From Podarcis bocagei (Eukaryota): a stretch of 64,000 nucleotides of DNA. Shown here in pieces: positions 25,292 to 38,420 of the stretch. The DNA lies in assembly GCA_964188305.1 (NCBI GenBank), contig OZ076890.1. The stretch is one strand, 5' to 3'. Numbering within the stretch: the stretch's first letter is position 1; each line of letters opens with the position of its first letter. The translations under genes and the position numbers were made by a program. The notes beneath the pieces were generated by a model. That model was not told where the DNA came from, did not search any database, and was given only the letters and a program-made list of their open reading frames with translations.

Positions 25292-28200
25292 GTGAGTAGC
25301 TTCGCTTCTTTTCCTCAATGTACAACACATTGTCTTTAGTTGCCTGATTCAGTGTTAATCAGATGATCTAAGCATCCTTCATTCTCAGACATAGGATATA
25401 TTTTGGATGTGAATGCTGGCCTCATGCTGGATTAACACTGTTACACATATGCTTCACAACAAGCCTCATTTTGGAGTGAAGAAGAGTGCCTTGTACTTGT
25501 CTGACCTCACACAGGCACTCCCACAAATAGGACTAAGTAGGATACTCAGATTGGGATGCTGGCATTGTTTAAGAGTCAAGAGTTCTAACATGGCAAGCCC
25601 ACAAAGTAAATGCTATTATGTGTATGAGTCATAGGACAGAACTGCCTAGTAACCTGTCTTGACTAGTATCAGGAGGGTTCCCTCTTCAGGGCACCACAGG
25701 GCATGGAGGGAAATAGAGAAAGGAGATATGCCTCTAAAAGATTGAAGGAGATACATTTGTGCAAAACAGGGGCTGGTTTTGTTTCAAAGCCAAGAATTAT
25801 TGGCTTGTCATCAAGATATTAATCAGAAGTGAAATGTTTAGGTTGGGCCGGGTTAGAAAAGGAGAATGGAACAGCAGCTCCAAGGCTCCATGGGAGGGGT
25901 CTGCCATTGGGTTGAAGCCTTTTGGGGATTTGGAGTGAGCTCTGCAGTTAGATTAAGTTTCGGAGAGTGCATTCCAGAGCAGAATGGGGGCTGTGTTTTG
26001 CTTGTGGGCTCATAGAGGAGGGGAGTGAAAAGGTGGATGAGATTACTCAGAGCATGGTTTACATTTAATAGGGACTGGGAAAGTGCTGCTTGCTCAGCCT
26101 CTTAGCACAGTTGTTTTGCTTATGGGCCTTTCTAGTGTTCCCTCAAATGTTTTTTATTTGGACAAAGCGGTCATTGTTCAGCCTACCTGGCTGATGGCTA
26201 TCCATTCCAGCCTCAGTGAATGAGGGGAGTCAGGCTTCCACAGCAGAGCTTCTAGTAAATCTCCTTGAATGTCCATAAAATCTGGTCCACAGATCCAGCT
26301 TGCTTTTGTAAACTGTTGCTGTTGAAATAAAACATTTTTAATTAAAATTAAGAAGACAGCAAAGTAGTGATGTTACATCACAAAAAGGCCATTTACAATA
26401 TTCACTTTCAGAAGTAGCTATAGTTGGGAATAATATGTGATTATTAAATAATCTGTGTGCAAAAACTAAATGAGGCTGGTATATTTCAGCACAATGTATG
26501 CTGTTTGCTAATAATAAATGTAGACTGTGAAAATAGTGTGGAAAAAGACCCAGAACGCATATTTTCCTAGATTCCACATGAAATAGTTAAATTAGGACTG
26601 TATGTTATTAGAGAAAAGTGGAGAAAAGTAACAACCAAAAACGTGATGTCAGATGTCCAGATTCAAAGTTTCCAGTGTACACAGACGAGGAAGTAACACC
26701 TGTTTTTCTAGAGCTTATGTGAATTGGAGACACATAAAATTTTCCACCAAGTCACTTTGAATTTGAGCCCATTGATACAGGCTAAACTTCCATACATATT
26801 TACTGGAAAACTCCAAGACTCGCCAATCCTGCTTGCATGCTACATTAAGCCATATTTAAAAACAAGCTGTGATTGAATGTGCAGTGTGCTTATGCATGCA
26901 GCTAAATGGTTCTTGCCCCAGTCCTCCCTTGCTGCCACCATACCACTAAGAAACAACTCAGAGTCTGGCTTGTCATGACATTTGAATCCAGACCATGAGT
27001 AGTAACCAAGGTTTGCTCTTGGTTTAGTGCTTGTGGTTTGCTTATGGGAAACAAACCACAACCTGGGTTCAGACATCACCACAAGCCATATTCTAGTTGT
27101 TTCCCAGTGTTGGGCAGCAATACTACCCGGAGAGGAGTGAAGTGAGAATTTTTCAGCAGTGTTCACCATCATAACATGGGCACCGAAGGAACCCCTACTA
27201 AAATTAGGCTAGATGCTTTGATAACTGACTGAAATAACACTAAGGACAGAGTCACATTAACTTGCTGTGGGACTTGTAGGGCCAATTGGATTTCCCCCTT
27301 CCCTTCAGCCTGCTTAAATTTGCACATTGTTAGATCATGTGCCATTTCAAACCAGGTTGACAGGAAAGAGTTGATTCACTGTGTAACCATATAGCCAGTA
27401 TGCTTATGTTGAATTGTTAGTGAAGATTCTGTATGTTACAGGTTTTGAATTATTGCCTTTAAAACAATAGTTTAATGTTATCCTGAGTGTTTGTTCATTT
27501 GTTGTTTTGCATAAAACGAAATTTGCTTAAATGAAAGATAATCACAATATTTTCTCTTTTGTGTATGAAAGGAAGAGCCACAATTGATAACTTTATTCCC
27601 TACATGTATGAAGTGAACACTGACAGACTGAATATGATAAGCTACATAATATGCAAGAAGATCTATTATGTCTTATCATTTGTAAACACAGAGATAGTCA
27701 AAAGATATCTGTTCAAAAGACGCCCATCCAATTTCTGTTGTATGCTAGTTGCTGAACATTTGCTCCACGTGCTGTTGAGAGAAGGCCATGAACACAAATA
27801 GGCAAAATGCCTTTTAGATATTGAGAGAGCTGGACAGGTAGGCAGCAGAAAGGTGGGCTTATGTGACGCAAGGTTTAGTGGCAAAGTACATGCTTTGCAT
27901 GCAAAAGGTTGCATATTCAGTCCCTGGTATCTTGGAAAGAATCCAGTCAGAATCCTGGAGAGCCACTTTCACTGCAGACAATTCTGAGATAGGTGGACCA
28001 ACAATCTGACTTAGTATAAGACAACTTCTTGTGTTTGTTCTTTCGGGGAAGGATGCTGGAGCCATTGAGACTAAAGGTGTAAAGGGAAAGAGCACTGGCC
28101 TCTGGCCCCAGCCCCCCAAGGAAAGTGACACCTTGGAAAGGGCAAGACTAGCCTAGCCCCAGCCATCAACCAGAGAATGAGTAGCTGCAAGAACCTGCTC

Positions 28201-29556
28201 TCCTGCACCAGGAGAAGGAAGCCTGCCGTGTCCCTTGGGATTGCACAAGTGAGGGAAAAGTCACCCTTATCTCTGCCACTGGCCAGAGCAACAAGGGCTT
28301 GGTTTTGTTGCAAGCTGTCTTGGAAACTGTTAGTTTGAAAGGTGAAGTATACTTCTGGATGCAGAAGATAGGCAAGGAGAGCAGTAGGAACCCTGAGGAT
28401 GCCCTAGAGCAGTATGTGGTGGAGAAGTTTCAAAAAAATTGAGGAGTCTGTTGGGGCTTAGCTGAGAAAGAAGTTGCAATTCAAGCCCAATGGAGGTTGT
28501 TCAGAGGTATTCAGAGTAGGTATCTGGGCCCATTGTGGAAAGAGAGAAGCAGAGGGACACATGAAAAGAGAAAAGGGATGTGGGCAGACATCCCTGGTTG
28601 TCAAACAAAGATGGATCCAAAAGAATCCTTATTCAGGATTCCTCCCCTCCTTTAAAAAATAAAATAAAAAAATTCCTCCTTTGGGTCTTGGAAGGTATGT
28701 TAGAGACTATATCTCTGTCTCTTTGGTGACAGTTAAGGTTTCTTATGAGGTTTACACATCGCCCTTCCTGTTTCCCAAAGGCGCCATGTCTGAATGGGAT
28801 TATCCCTGCCAATATTTTTGACATGTTGGCAGCTGAACTTTAGCCTTGGGATATGCCTGCCTTTAGTGCAGAGATGCTGATTGACACCCTTGAGCTGGTC
28901 CCTGCTCAGGCTACTTTGGAGAACTAGTTGAGACTAGCAGTTAATTCCTTTAGCAGATTTTTTTAAACGTAGAGATAAATTGACTATTGTTATATAGTCC
29001 TTGACAGAGGGAAGGAAATATGGAAATGGTAGACTTGTTAAAGCAACAATAGAGTTGCAATTGCTCATATTAGCTAGTGAATGTGTGCAGCCGCTCCCAA
29101 GCAAAGATAAATACAGGAAAATAATCTTCACACATGGCAGTGTACATCTTTTATTTGTTGCAGTTATATTATTCACGAAGGGAAAATGTTGCACGTGAAC
29201 TGGCATTCTCTGATAAATACTACCTGTTTCTGACTCTGATGGTTGCATAGGAAATCCTGTGCACAAGGATAGGGATGCTTGAGAAATCATTCGCTTCATA
29301 TTCCAAAGTGAACTGACCTAATCTGTACCCACCTGACTAATGCAACACTCTACATTTGTTGTATTCAGTGTTGCTTGAATCCTAGTTGTTTTTTGCCTCT
29401 GAGCAAAAATTGGAATAAAAGACCCCCAAACTAAACATACAAATGGAACGCTAGAAGGGTTCATTGTAGCCAAAGTACAGAAGGATTCTCTCCAACAGTA
29501 TTTTCAATGCAATGTCCCTCCTTCTGAAATGGATCTTTTGCTGCCTCCAGCTAGCT

Positions 29557-29900
29557 AAAATAAAAAAATTCCTTCCAGTAGCACCTTAAAGACCAACTAA
29601 GTTAGTTCTTGGTATGAGCTTTCGTGTGCATGCACACTTCTTCAAATACACTGAAACAGAAGTTGCCAGATCCTTCTATATAGTGAGAAGGAGGGGGGGT
29701 ATTACTCAGAAGGGTGGTGGGAATGGGTGATCTTCTCACTATATAGAAGGATCTGGCAACTTCTGTTTCAGTGTATCTGAAGAAGTGTGCATGCACACGA
29801 AAGCTCATACCAAGAACTAACTTAGTTGGTCTTTAAGGTGCTACTGGAAGGAATTTTTTTATTTTGACTATGGCAGACCAACACGGCTACCTATCTGTAA
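29557..29900. mobile_element. Penelope-like element (PLE) remnant: inverted pseudo-LTR pair, young insertion
   Basis: 134-bp arms 29557-29690 / 29732-29865 with 1 mismatch; 3' end GGTCTTTAAGGTGCTACTGGA...CAGACCAACACGGCTACC typical of sauropsid PLEs; flanking direct repeat CTCCAGCTAGCTA at 29545-29557 and 29901-29913. Confidence 0.85.
29773..29810 (+). ncRNA. Minimal type-I hammerhead ribozyme motif within the PLE repeat
   Basis: GUAU (stem I) - CUGAAGA A - GUGUG CAUG CACAC (stem II) - GAAA - GC - UC^ - AUAC (stem I'); palindromic AGCU stem III, as described for PLE hammerheads. Confidence 0.72.
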
Positions 29901-31264
29901 CTCCAGCTAGCTAGACTGGGAAGAACCCTGTTTAAAACTGGCCATATTCACGTAGCAAACCCTGTCAGCAGAAGCCCTGTGCAAGGCCTTCCACTTGCAC
30001 AGTAGGGCTTCCCTCTTTTCCTCTATGTGCTCTCTAGAATGGGCTCTGGTGGCAAGTTGTGAGAACCCCCAGAACAGCCTATGGCGGGAGGGAGGGGGGT
30101 CCGGCAAGTTGCAATGTTTGTGTGAATGGAACGCTCAACACAGCACAATGTTGAATTTCAGCATATAATTCTTATCAGCAGACACCTCTCAAAACTGAAA
30201 TTGTGGCAAGATGAGGCAAGAAAAACGATGATAAAAAATGTGGAATTCAGTAAATATGTAACTAGCATATTTGCTAATATAATGAAAGAGGGCCAGTTTC
30301 AGCACAAGCAAGAACAGCTGGCTGTTCTAATTAACACCAGCTGAACTTAGCATTGTATATGAAGAATTCAAAGAAGAAGAGGCTGTCTACTTTGTAAACA
30401 AAATTCTCTTGAGTATTACCTAAAAAAATCTATAGTTTTGTGAAGCATCCTTTGTTTTTATTTGTAGGCTCCATTCTGAATATTAAGCTATCAAAGCAGC
30501 CTTCAGCTGGAGCTGGACACCTGGGTGTTCACTTTTTGCCAAGTGGCAGTGGGCAGTGACCCTTGCACAGAGGCACCTGGGGGGACCTGGGGGCATTGGC
30601 AGCTGTCTTTTCAACAACAAAAAACCTCATTTTTCATTTTGCTTCTGTCAGGGCCTCTAATCTGATAAGTCCCTTGATACAGCTGTTGGCTCCATGTTGA
30701 AAAGCCATTTTCACCCTCTAAGAACTTCCAGGGTAGAATTACAGCGAGGGAGAGAAGGAAATGAAAACACAGGACTGTTCCTGGATTTATATAATTGTCA
30801 TAGTAGATGTGTGAGGAGATAAATGGAATATGTGATACACAAGTTTGGAAGGCTGGATAGGATATGTATATATGCAAGGTAGGGAAGGGTGTCTGAAAGA
30901 TGTGTGGCGGCTATGCACATCTTTGCATATGGGGATGTGGGTTTACAATAGAGAGCGGGGGAGAGGCTGCACGTATACAAGTACACGTAAAGTACATTTG
31001 TGACAGTGGCACAGGAACACAGAAGCTGAGAACAGAAGGAGGATATGTTTTAGGTATGTAAGAAAGGTGGAGATAATGGAACTGTGAACTTACATGGGGT
31101 GAAATTCAACATCTTGCTAAGGTGATCATCCCGTCAGTGCAAGCATTTTTGTTTGCCAGATGGGAGGATCTCCGCTCTCCTTCATGACATGCTGACATGC
31201 TGGGAGTTTTCTTACAGATTTGAGGAGGGCTCAGAGAAGGGGTGGAAGTCTTGTTGCAGTAGAG

Positions 31265-31437
31265 CAGGGCTGTCCAACTTCCAAGAGACTGTGATCTACA
31301 ACCACTATAAAAAAACTTAGGGAAGCCAAGGTTGTTCAGCTTTTTTTTCTTTTTTGGGGCGGGGGAGGATCCCACAATCGACCAGGGGCATCCCACAATC
31401 GACCAGTAGATCACCATCAACCTGTTGGACAGCCCTG
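31265..31437. mobile_element. hAT MITE
   Basis: TIR CAGGGCTGTCCAAC / GTTGGACAGCCCTG; 8-bp TSD CAGTAGAG / CACTAGAG; internal duplicated ATCCCACAATCGACCAG. Confidence 0.85.
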
Positions 31438-32049
31438 CACTAGAGGGTCTCTGTGATCACTTCCATTGCATAATGACTTAACAGAATCTGGCCCATGATG
31501 TTTTGTGGGTGTATCAAGAGTCCCAGTCGCCTAATGTTCAAGGCACCAATCTCTGTGCTGGTTGCTGCTGGGCTACATCGACTTGTAGGACCAGCATGAT
31601 TGCACAACCACTGTCACACCAAGATAGCAACAGTCAGTTTAAACATCTGCAGTAGGACGTGGCTCTTCTCTCAGATATACTTTGTTCTACGCTATTATAG
31701 CCATTTCAACTCGAAGAGGTTTGCTTACGTTGTATATGAAGTGAGTTAGCAATGCAGCCAGAGTTTAATGGAAGCCAGGCAAAGTGCTCCACCATTCTGT
31801 ATTCCTGTAGCTTAAATGTGGATTACCAGTGAAACATATCATATTCTGCTTTGCATTAAAAGAGGCTTTTAGTCATTTTCTTTTCCTGAACTTGCATCTT
31901 TCCACAGTAATCCTTTGCTGAATTTGATGTAATAATATATTTGGAGATTTGGTCATTTTAATTATTTTTAATTTATTTCCCCCCAGGAGCACTTCTTTCT
32001 GTCTAGTACATTTTCTTCTGCCTAATGTTATCCATCGTGGGATTTGAGT

Positions 32050-32106
32050 CCTTCAGAAACTGGGGACAAACTTAAGGATAAACCTTCAGAAACTGGGGAC
32101 AAACTT
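32050..32106. repeat. 24-bp direct duplication
   Basis: CCTTCAGAAACTGGGGACAAACTT at 32050-32073 and 32083-32106. Confidence 0.9.
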
Positions 32107-32420
32107 TTCAAAAATCACCAAATTTGGGCAAGATGGATGGCAACTAACTAAGTAAAGAACAGTGCCAGTTTAAAGCAATATGTTATCTGGGACCGAAGGC
32201 AAACTGACAGCAGATGTTCTTAATTTTACATTTCAGTTCAGTTTAAGAGCTCCTTGGCTTCTTATATATAGAACACAGATTTCAAGTTCCAAGCAACATC
32301 AGTATAGTGGCTGGCAGTTTTTCTTTACGATTGCTCTGTTTTACTCCAAAGCTCGTAATAACACACTACTCCTTTTTGTTGTATATCTGTTTTCTTCACT
32401 TTGGCTTCTCCCCCCCCCCC

Positions 32421-32428
32421 TTCTTCTT

Positions 32429-32458
<30 letters not shown>
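32421..32458. repeat. (TTC)n microsatellite after a poly-C run
   Basis: Direct reading. Confidence 0.95.
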
Positions 32459-32459
<1 letters not shown>

Positions 32460-33564
32460 TTCTTCTTACCAAACAAAAATCCTGAAGCTGAGTTGTAAAG
32501 TCTCTTGCCAATATGCAGTAGTAATTACAGGCAGTTTTATCATCTAGCTAAAGTGTGGGAAACTGGATATGGCAGGTGGGCAAGATATTGATCTACCCCC
32601 CCCAACCCCCACAAACTATTTTGATAGGTAGGCCACCTATCCAGCACCTAACATCCCCATGATGCAAGGTAAAATGTTTTTCTTCAGCCTATATAATTTG
32701 GAATTGTATTGGGCAAAGGCTCAGGGTTTTTTTGGGTTTTCTGTCTTAAAATTACAGGTGCAGTGAAGGCTAGACTCCATCATACAACTCTTCCCAAAAA
32801 AAAGTGGAGCTGTTGCTATAATTTACTATGACCCTGTTTGCACGGCACATTAGATCATAGTTTGTTTTTTATGTATAGTTTAATATGAATGCAGAGTGGG
32901 CTAGTGCACGCTGCTGGAAAGTTCTTGCTCTGCTCCCCTGCTACTGTGCTGTATGTAAATAAGCCAGAGTCTGGCTTGTTGTGACGTTCAAACCCATGCT
33001 TATGTTTTGTTTTTCTCCAAACAAACTATGAATAGTAACCAAGCTTTGTTCTTGACTTACTGCTTGTAGTCTGTTTAGGAGATATAAACCATGATACTGG
33101 GTTTGGCCACTTCGACAAGCCAGACAGTGGCTTGTTTTCCCTCTTGTGCTGCAGTGCGCAGAGCAGAGTTCACTTGCAGCATTCATGTTGCTGTGTATAC
33201 ACATTAAGCCATAATTTTCTCTCAACTATGGTTTTAAGTGTGAACCAGGCCTATACAATTACAACTTGCTTTCTCAAGAGACAGTTGAAGGCCAAGAGGA
33301 CAGAGCGTTAGACATAGACCTGTGCTTGTTTCGTGTGTTTCAGATGAGCAATTAGACGGTATATTTAATATTAGCAACATATCCCATGACAAGTGAGGTG
33401 GCTACATTTCCCCCCACATGTATGGAGAGCCACAACTGAAATAAGCTTTCTGTGCATTACAAACTGCACATGATGTAGCTGGCAAATCTTGAATGTGTGA
33501 ATATCCCTGTTACACCATATTACTGTTTAAAGATGCAGGCATACTCTACCAAGTTGCACCAATA

Positions 33565-33790
33565 CAGTGGTACCTCAGGTTAAGAACTTAATTCGTTCCA
33601 GATGTCCGTTCTTAACCTGAAACTGTTCTTAATCTGAGGTACCACTTTAGCTAATGGGGCCTCCCGCTGCCGCCGCACCACCACCGCACGATTTCTGTTC
33701 TCATCCTGAAGCAAAGTTCTTAACCCGAGGTACTATTTCTGGGTTAGCGGAGTCTGTAACCTGAAGCGTATGTAACCCGAGGTACCACTG
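33565..33790. mobile_element. Tc1/mariner (Tigger-like) MITE, same family as 9606-9847, opposite orientation
   Basis: TA|CAGTGGTACCTCAGGTTA ... TAACCCGAGGTACCACTG|TA. Confidence 0.88.
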
Positions 33791-35570
33791 TATTATAAAA
33801 GTGACAGAATATTGATGTGGATATAGGATATTCCTATAGATCAGAGATTAATTTTCTCTGTTTTCCTGCTGGGGAATTTGAGGGCATGGGGAAAATAAAG
33901 CGACAAGTAAAAAAGGTATCAGAGATGAAAATTAATTTCAGAAGATAAGTCATGGTTCTTTTTTATTATGAAAAAGCCATTCTTACCCTTGTGAAACTGA
34001 GCTTGGGTTGCTTCTTCCTTCTACAAGCAAACCTTGTAATAGCAGAAAATGTTTTATATTCCATCTGCAAAGAAAGTTGTTCCCCAGTGGCTTGGCTTGC
34101 AGAAGTGTTGGGCTGTTCTTTCTCTGCTCATTGGCTGAGACGACTTTGGCTGTTTTTTGTTTAAAGCTCTGGATCTGCTTTTGTGCATACATATCCTTTG
34201 CCAGTAATTTTGGAGCCTTTGCCTTGGCTCTGGGATTCAAAAATGGCTGTGATGAATTTGGACCACCAGGATGCACATTAATTTTTCCTGATTTTATTTG
34301 TATTTTGTTGATCAGATAAATGTGTGATGTCAGCAGCCAAACTTTCAAATCTCTTTTCTCCCACCACTGTTTTCTGTGTCTCCTAACATTTTGTCCCATG
34401 AGAAAGAGAAATGGGAAAATAAAGTCAGCACCACTCTCTCCTTAATTTTTGTCCCATCGATACTTTGGGAGTGAAGAATTAACCTCCCATCTGTCTGCAA
34501 TACCCAGTGGAAACATGGCTCTCCCTCCCCAGCCTGCCTTTAAAGAATTAATCACTTTTCTGAAGTTCACTCCTTTACACCTTTTTTACTTTTATTATTA
34601 TTATTTTAGTTGCATGATGCCAAGACATTCCTGAAGCATTAAACATGTTTGCTGCAAATCATTTTTATGTCTTTGTTAAGTCTCTCCCCTCCTTCCCTTC
34701 TTGAATCCAGGCACTAGCACGGAAATATTCTCCTGACAGCTAATACGTTTTTCATTTGGGGAGGCTTTTTGCCGTGCTGCCAAGGGAGCTGTTTTTTATT
34801 TAAAAATGTTTTTGAAGCAATCTTGCTTTAATTAGCCTGTTTGAGAAATTTCATGTCACTTTTCCATAAGCGTGGGTGGGAGAACCTTGGAGCCAGAGCT
34901 GTCTTTTGCTGTTGGAGAGCTGGTATAAATCCCAGAGAAAGAAAACATATTTTTCCACTCTTCCAGTCTGCCAATAGAGACTTGGCCATAGTTTTCAGTT
35001 CACAGGCTGTTCTAGTTTTTGCTGTCCCGGCTGCCTGAATACTTGCATTGATCCAGTCCAACTGTAGACAGCACACCCTCTCACTACCACGGGTCATATG
35101 AAAGAAGTCAGGAATCCTAGGCTACCAAATCACAAACTTTGCAGGCAAAAATCCCAGACTCCAGTCTTATGAAAATGAAGGGCTTATTTGTATTTTCAAG
35201 TGAAGGTTAAAATTAAGAACTGATGCAGTAAGGGGTATTGGTGTAGCTTTTCTTATCGTAGCGCTTCAGTGAAGGAATACTTGATATCTATATCTTGTGA
35301 TATTTTCCCTTCAGTTTAACTAATTTCTTGATGTTAGGGAGTCCTTTTAGCCTTTGGACCTAGCAAACGTGTTTTTAGAGCAGGGCATGATGCAGCCCAG
35401 AGCTGTTTCTTTCTATTTACTACATTGTTTCTCAAAATTCTTGAATTCGTACCGCCTTCCAAACTTACAGCCTCTAGATCAGAACCAGTCCTTTATTCCT
35501 CAAATGAATGTGCAGAGAGGTCCTTGCTCACAGTTGTGTGCATACACCCTGCTGCTGCACTGGGGTAGTA

Positions 35571-36007
35571 CCGTATATACTTGAGTATAAGCTGACCTTT
35601 TCAGCACATTTTTTACACTAAAAAAGCCCTCCTCGGCTTATACTTGAGTGAGGCGGGCGGCAGCGGCGGAGAGACGAGCGGCTCAAAAGGAGCCCTTTCT
35701 TGCCGCTGGTCCCACTGCCGCCGCCCGCCTCTTTCAAGGGCAGGCACAGGAGCCATGGTTGGGAGAGGCATTGCACTGTGCTGTGCCTCTCCCAATCGTG
35801 GCTCCTATGCCTGCTCTTGTGAGCAGCAGAGGTGGCGGCGGAGGGACCTTTCGGGCTTCTTGTTCTTCCTCCACTGCTGCCGCCACCACCAGGTTTGTGG
35901 TGTGGTGAACCGGCTTATACTCGAGTCAATAAGTTTTCCCAATTTTTTGTGCTAAAATTAGGTGCCTCAGCTTATATTCGGGTCGGCTTATACTCGAGTA
36001 TATACGG
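35571..36007. mobile_element. Tc1/mariner-superfamily non-autonomous element with GC-rich interior
   Basis: TA|CCGTATATACTTGAGTATAAGCTGACC ... GGTCGGCTTATACTCGAGTATATACGG|TA; internal repeats of CGGCTTATACT.GAGT. Confidence 0.88.
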
Positions 36008-37349
36008 TAATTCACCAATCATTATATGTAGGTCACTCTGGCCCTCATTGCATTGCCCAAGGAACTTTGCATTGTAAGTCCTTGGTAAAGATGGCATTGT
36101 ATCTCTGAGATACTATTCTGTTTTGCTAGATAAGGAAAGGGGTTTACTAGAGCAACCACCAGTGAAATAGAAAGTTGTTATTATATGACAACTTCATGAG
36201 AGGTTTCAGTTTTGGGCACCTGATTCTTGAAATCCTGTGCAGATGGTTAAGAAGTGTTCAGACACAGTAATAGAGAAAACAGCAGGGAAGAGAGGAAGAA
36301 GGAAGGCTGAGGTTGTTGGGGGTTTTTTGGCTGGTTGTGGTGAGAACTTGTGCAAACATTCCCTCCTAATGGATTTCTCAAATGTACTGGCAGGCAGGCA
36401 AGCAAAGGCAGGTGTCACGTCAAATACCTTCTCCGATGAAACTTGATCCATCCCTCTTGATCTGGTATACTCATTCTCACTTTTAAAGGACCTCTTTGTT
36501 GGTTGTTTTGCTCCTAAGAGCCCAGAGCATAGCGCAGCCAACTAGTTTAGCAGACAAAGTAGACCTCAATAAGAAACCTTTCTCTCTCTCTCTTGCTCTC
36601 TAATGTTAATTTTGCAAGTATATCTGAAAACCCATTATATTTCTCTTTTTCTCATGGTCCATAACAGTAGAACATTAGGACAAGTATTCTCAACAATTAC
36701 AATTTGATTAAAAACATACAAAGCTGAATAACTGTTCCCTGTTGACACAGGTTTCTGTTTTGAACAACAATGAAGTTTTAAGCTTGTTTATTATGGTTAT
36801 GGTAATACACTTTGAAACTGACTCCTCCTTCATAAAAGTCTCAGTTTGTTTTGAGAACTAATTATCTGTTCCGGGGGGTTTGCGGTAGTGGGCTAAGTTT
36901 TTATGGAATATCCTAGATTGCTTCCCACACTAGCAGTTTAGGGCAGAATTGAACCGCCTGATTTGCCTTGTTGCGGGGTAGGTTGTAAGGAATGGAGGTC
37001 TCTCACTGCCCAGGCCAGAACAGCTGTGTCAGCCTCCACCTATTGAGTGACACTAGCATCACTCTGCCAGCACATAGCTCTCCATTCCAAATCAATTGTT
37101 TGTGTATGTGTGTTTGGGTGCTAAAAGGGCTTCACTAGATAATATATTGCAAAGCAATGTATTTGGAAATCATATGGTCATAATGGATAATTTCAAGAAT
37201 ACTGCTGACCTTTTTAAAATAGAGATCAGCTCTAGTCTACACTCCTATTTGATGTGGCAGAGAAATTAGATAGTTATAAGAATAAAGAAAACAGAAGATG
37301 ACAAGTAAAAAATCAGTTGGGCTGTTCAATCTGTTTCAATTAAAAGTAA

Positions 37350-37384
37350 ATCAGTCAATCAATCAATCAATCAATCAATCAATC
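37350..37384. repeat. (CAAT)n microsatellite
   Basis: Direct reading. Confidence 0.9.
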
Positions 37385-38273
37385 CAGAGGCATTATGATT
37401 TGCTTAGTGGCATACTGCCTTTGCCCAGCAACTGCATACGTACATCCATTGTACACCATGAAAACAGGACCATGCCTACAGGAAACTCCCCAAATGACTC
37501 ATGGAGACACAAAGGCTGCACTCTCAAGCATACTTGCATGTAAATCCTATTGATATCAGTGAACTAGGTGTCACATTGGCAAAAGCTTCGTCCTACCCAC
37601 ATATTGTCAAGGTGATGAGAATATTGGAGCTATTTGCAAAGGGGAGATTGGAAGACAGATGGCAGTGTGGCGTAACTCCTCCTGTGCATCCAATTTCTAT
37701 CCTGAAAACATCCCACCCAGGCCATGTTTCTCCTGCCTAGGCTTGTTGTGGAGCCCAGCTAAAGAAAAATATTTAAAACTTGACATTTTGTAGGGGAATT
37801 TGCTGGACTGAATGTGGAGGTGTAGGAGTGGAGAGAGGGAAGATTAAGTACCCTCCTCTTGTCTGTCTGCACTTCTTACAAGTGAGCACTCCACAATAGT
37901 ACAGTATTGCAAAGGAAATGGAGAGCTTAGAACCCCATATTACCTACCAGCATGCAGTTTGTCCTTTATTTCTAGGTTTAGGATCAGGAGGTTAGGAAAG
38001 AATGAGCACTTGGGGCATAAGAAATGGTGATATTTCAGACACCTGCATATGCTATGGTTCTTGGAGTTTTTCAACAGTACATGAGATTGTGATATAATCT
38101 CATGGAAAGGATATAAGCTTCCTCAGTTTGTAATAAATGCAAATCCTTGAGCAACCCCCTCCCTTGTGATTCTTTTTAATCTACTTACATTGTCCACCAC
38201 TTTTACTTTTCTCCCATGTGTAAAGCCCAGCAGTTCAGCTTTTAACAGATCCTGTTGCTATCCTCTTAAACAG

Positions 38274-38420
38274 ATCTCAAAGACTTCAAATACGATGGCC
38301 AGCATGTGATAGAAGTTGATGAGGGAAATACAGCTGTAATAGTCTGTGATCTTCCTGAAAGCCACCCAAAGGCCCAGGTTCGCTACAGTGTGAAACATGA
38401 ATGGCTGGAGGTCTCCAGAG
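38274..38420 (+). CDS. BOC: BOC coding exon 3, Ig2 N-half
   Basis: aaacag|AT; NLKDFKYDGQHVIEVDEGNTAVIVCDLPESHPKAQVRYSVKHEWLEVSR; G|gtgagt; 147 nt. Confidence 0.96.

Noticed and set aside
29557-29865. miRNA precursor or assembly artefact
   Set aside because: The stem is far longer than a pre-miRNA. Element-specific terminus, TSD and one arm mismatch argue for a real PLE insertion, though raw reads should confirm it.
35613-36077. Overlapping GC-rich ORFs / CpG-island promoter
   Set aside because: Confined to a TIR-bounded mariner-type element
38241-38273. Alternative upstream acceptor tttaacag at 38248
   Set aside because: Adds 25 nt and frameshifts; the 38274 acceptor gives the expected protein
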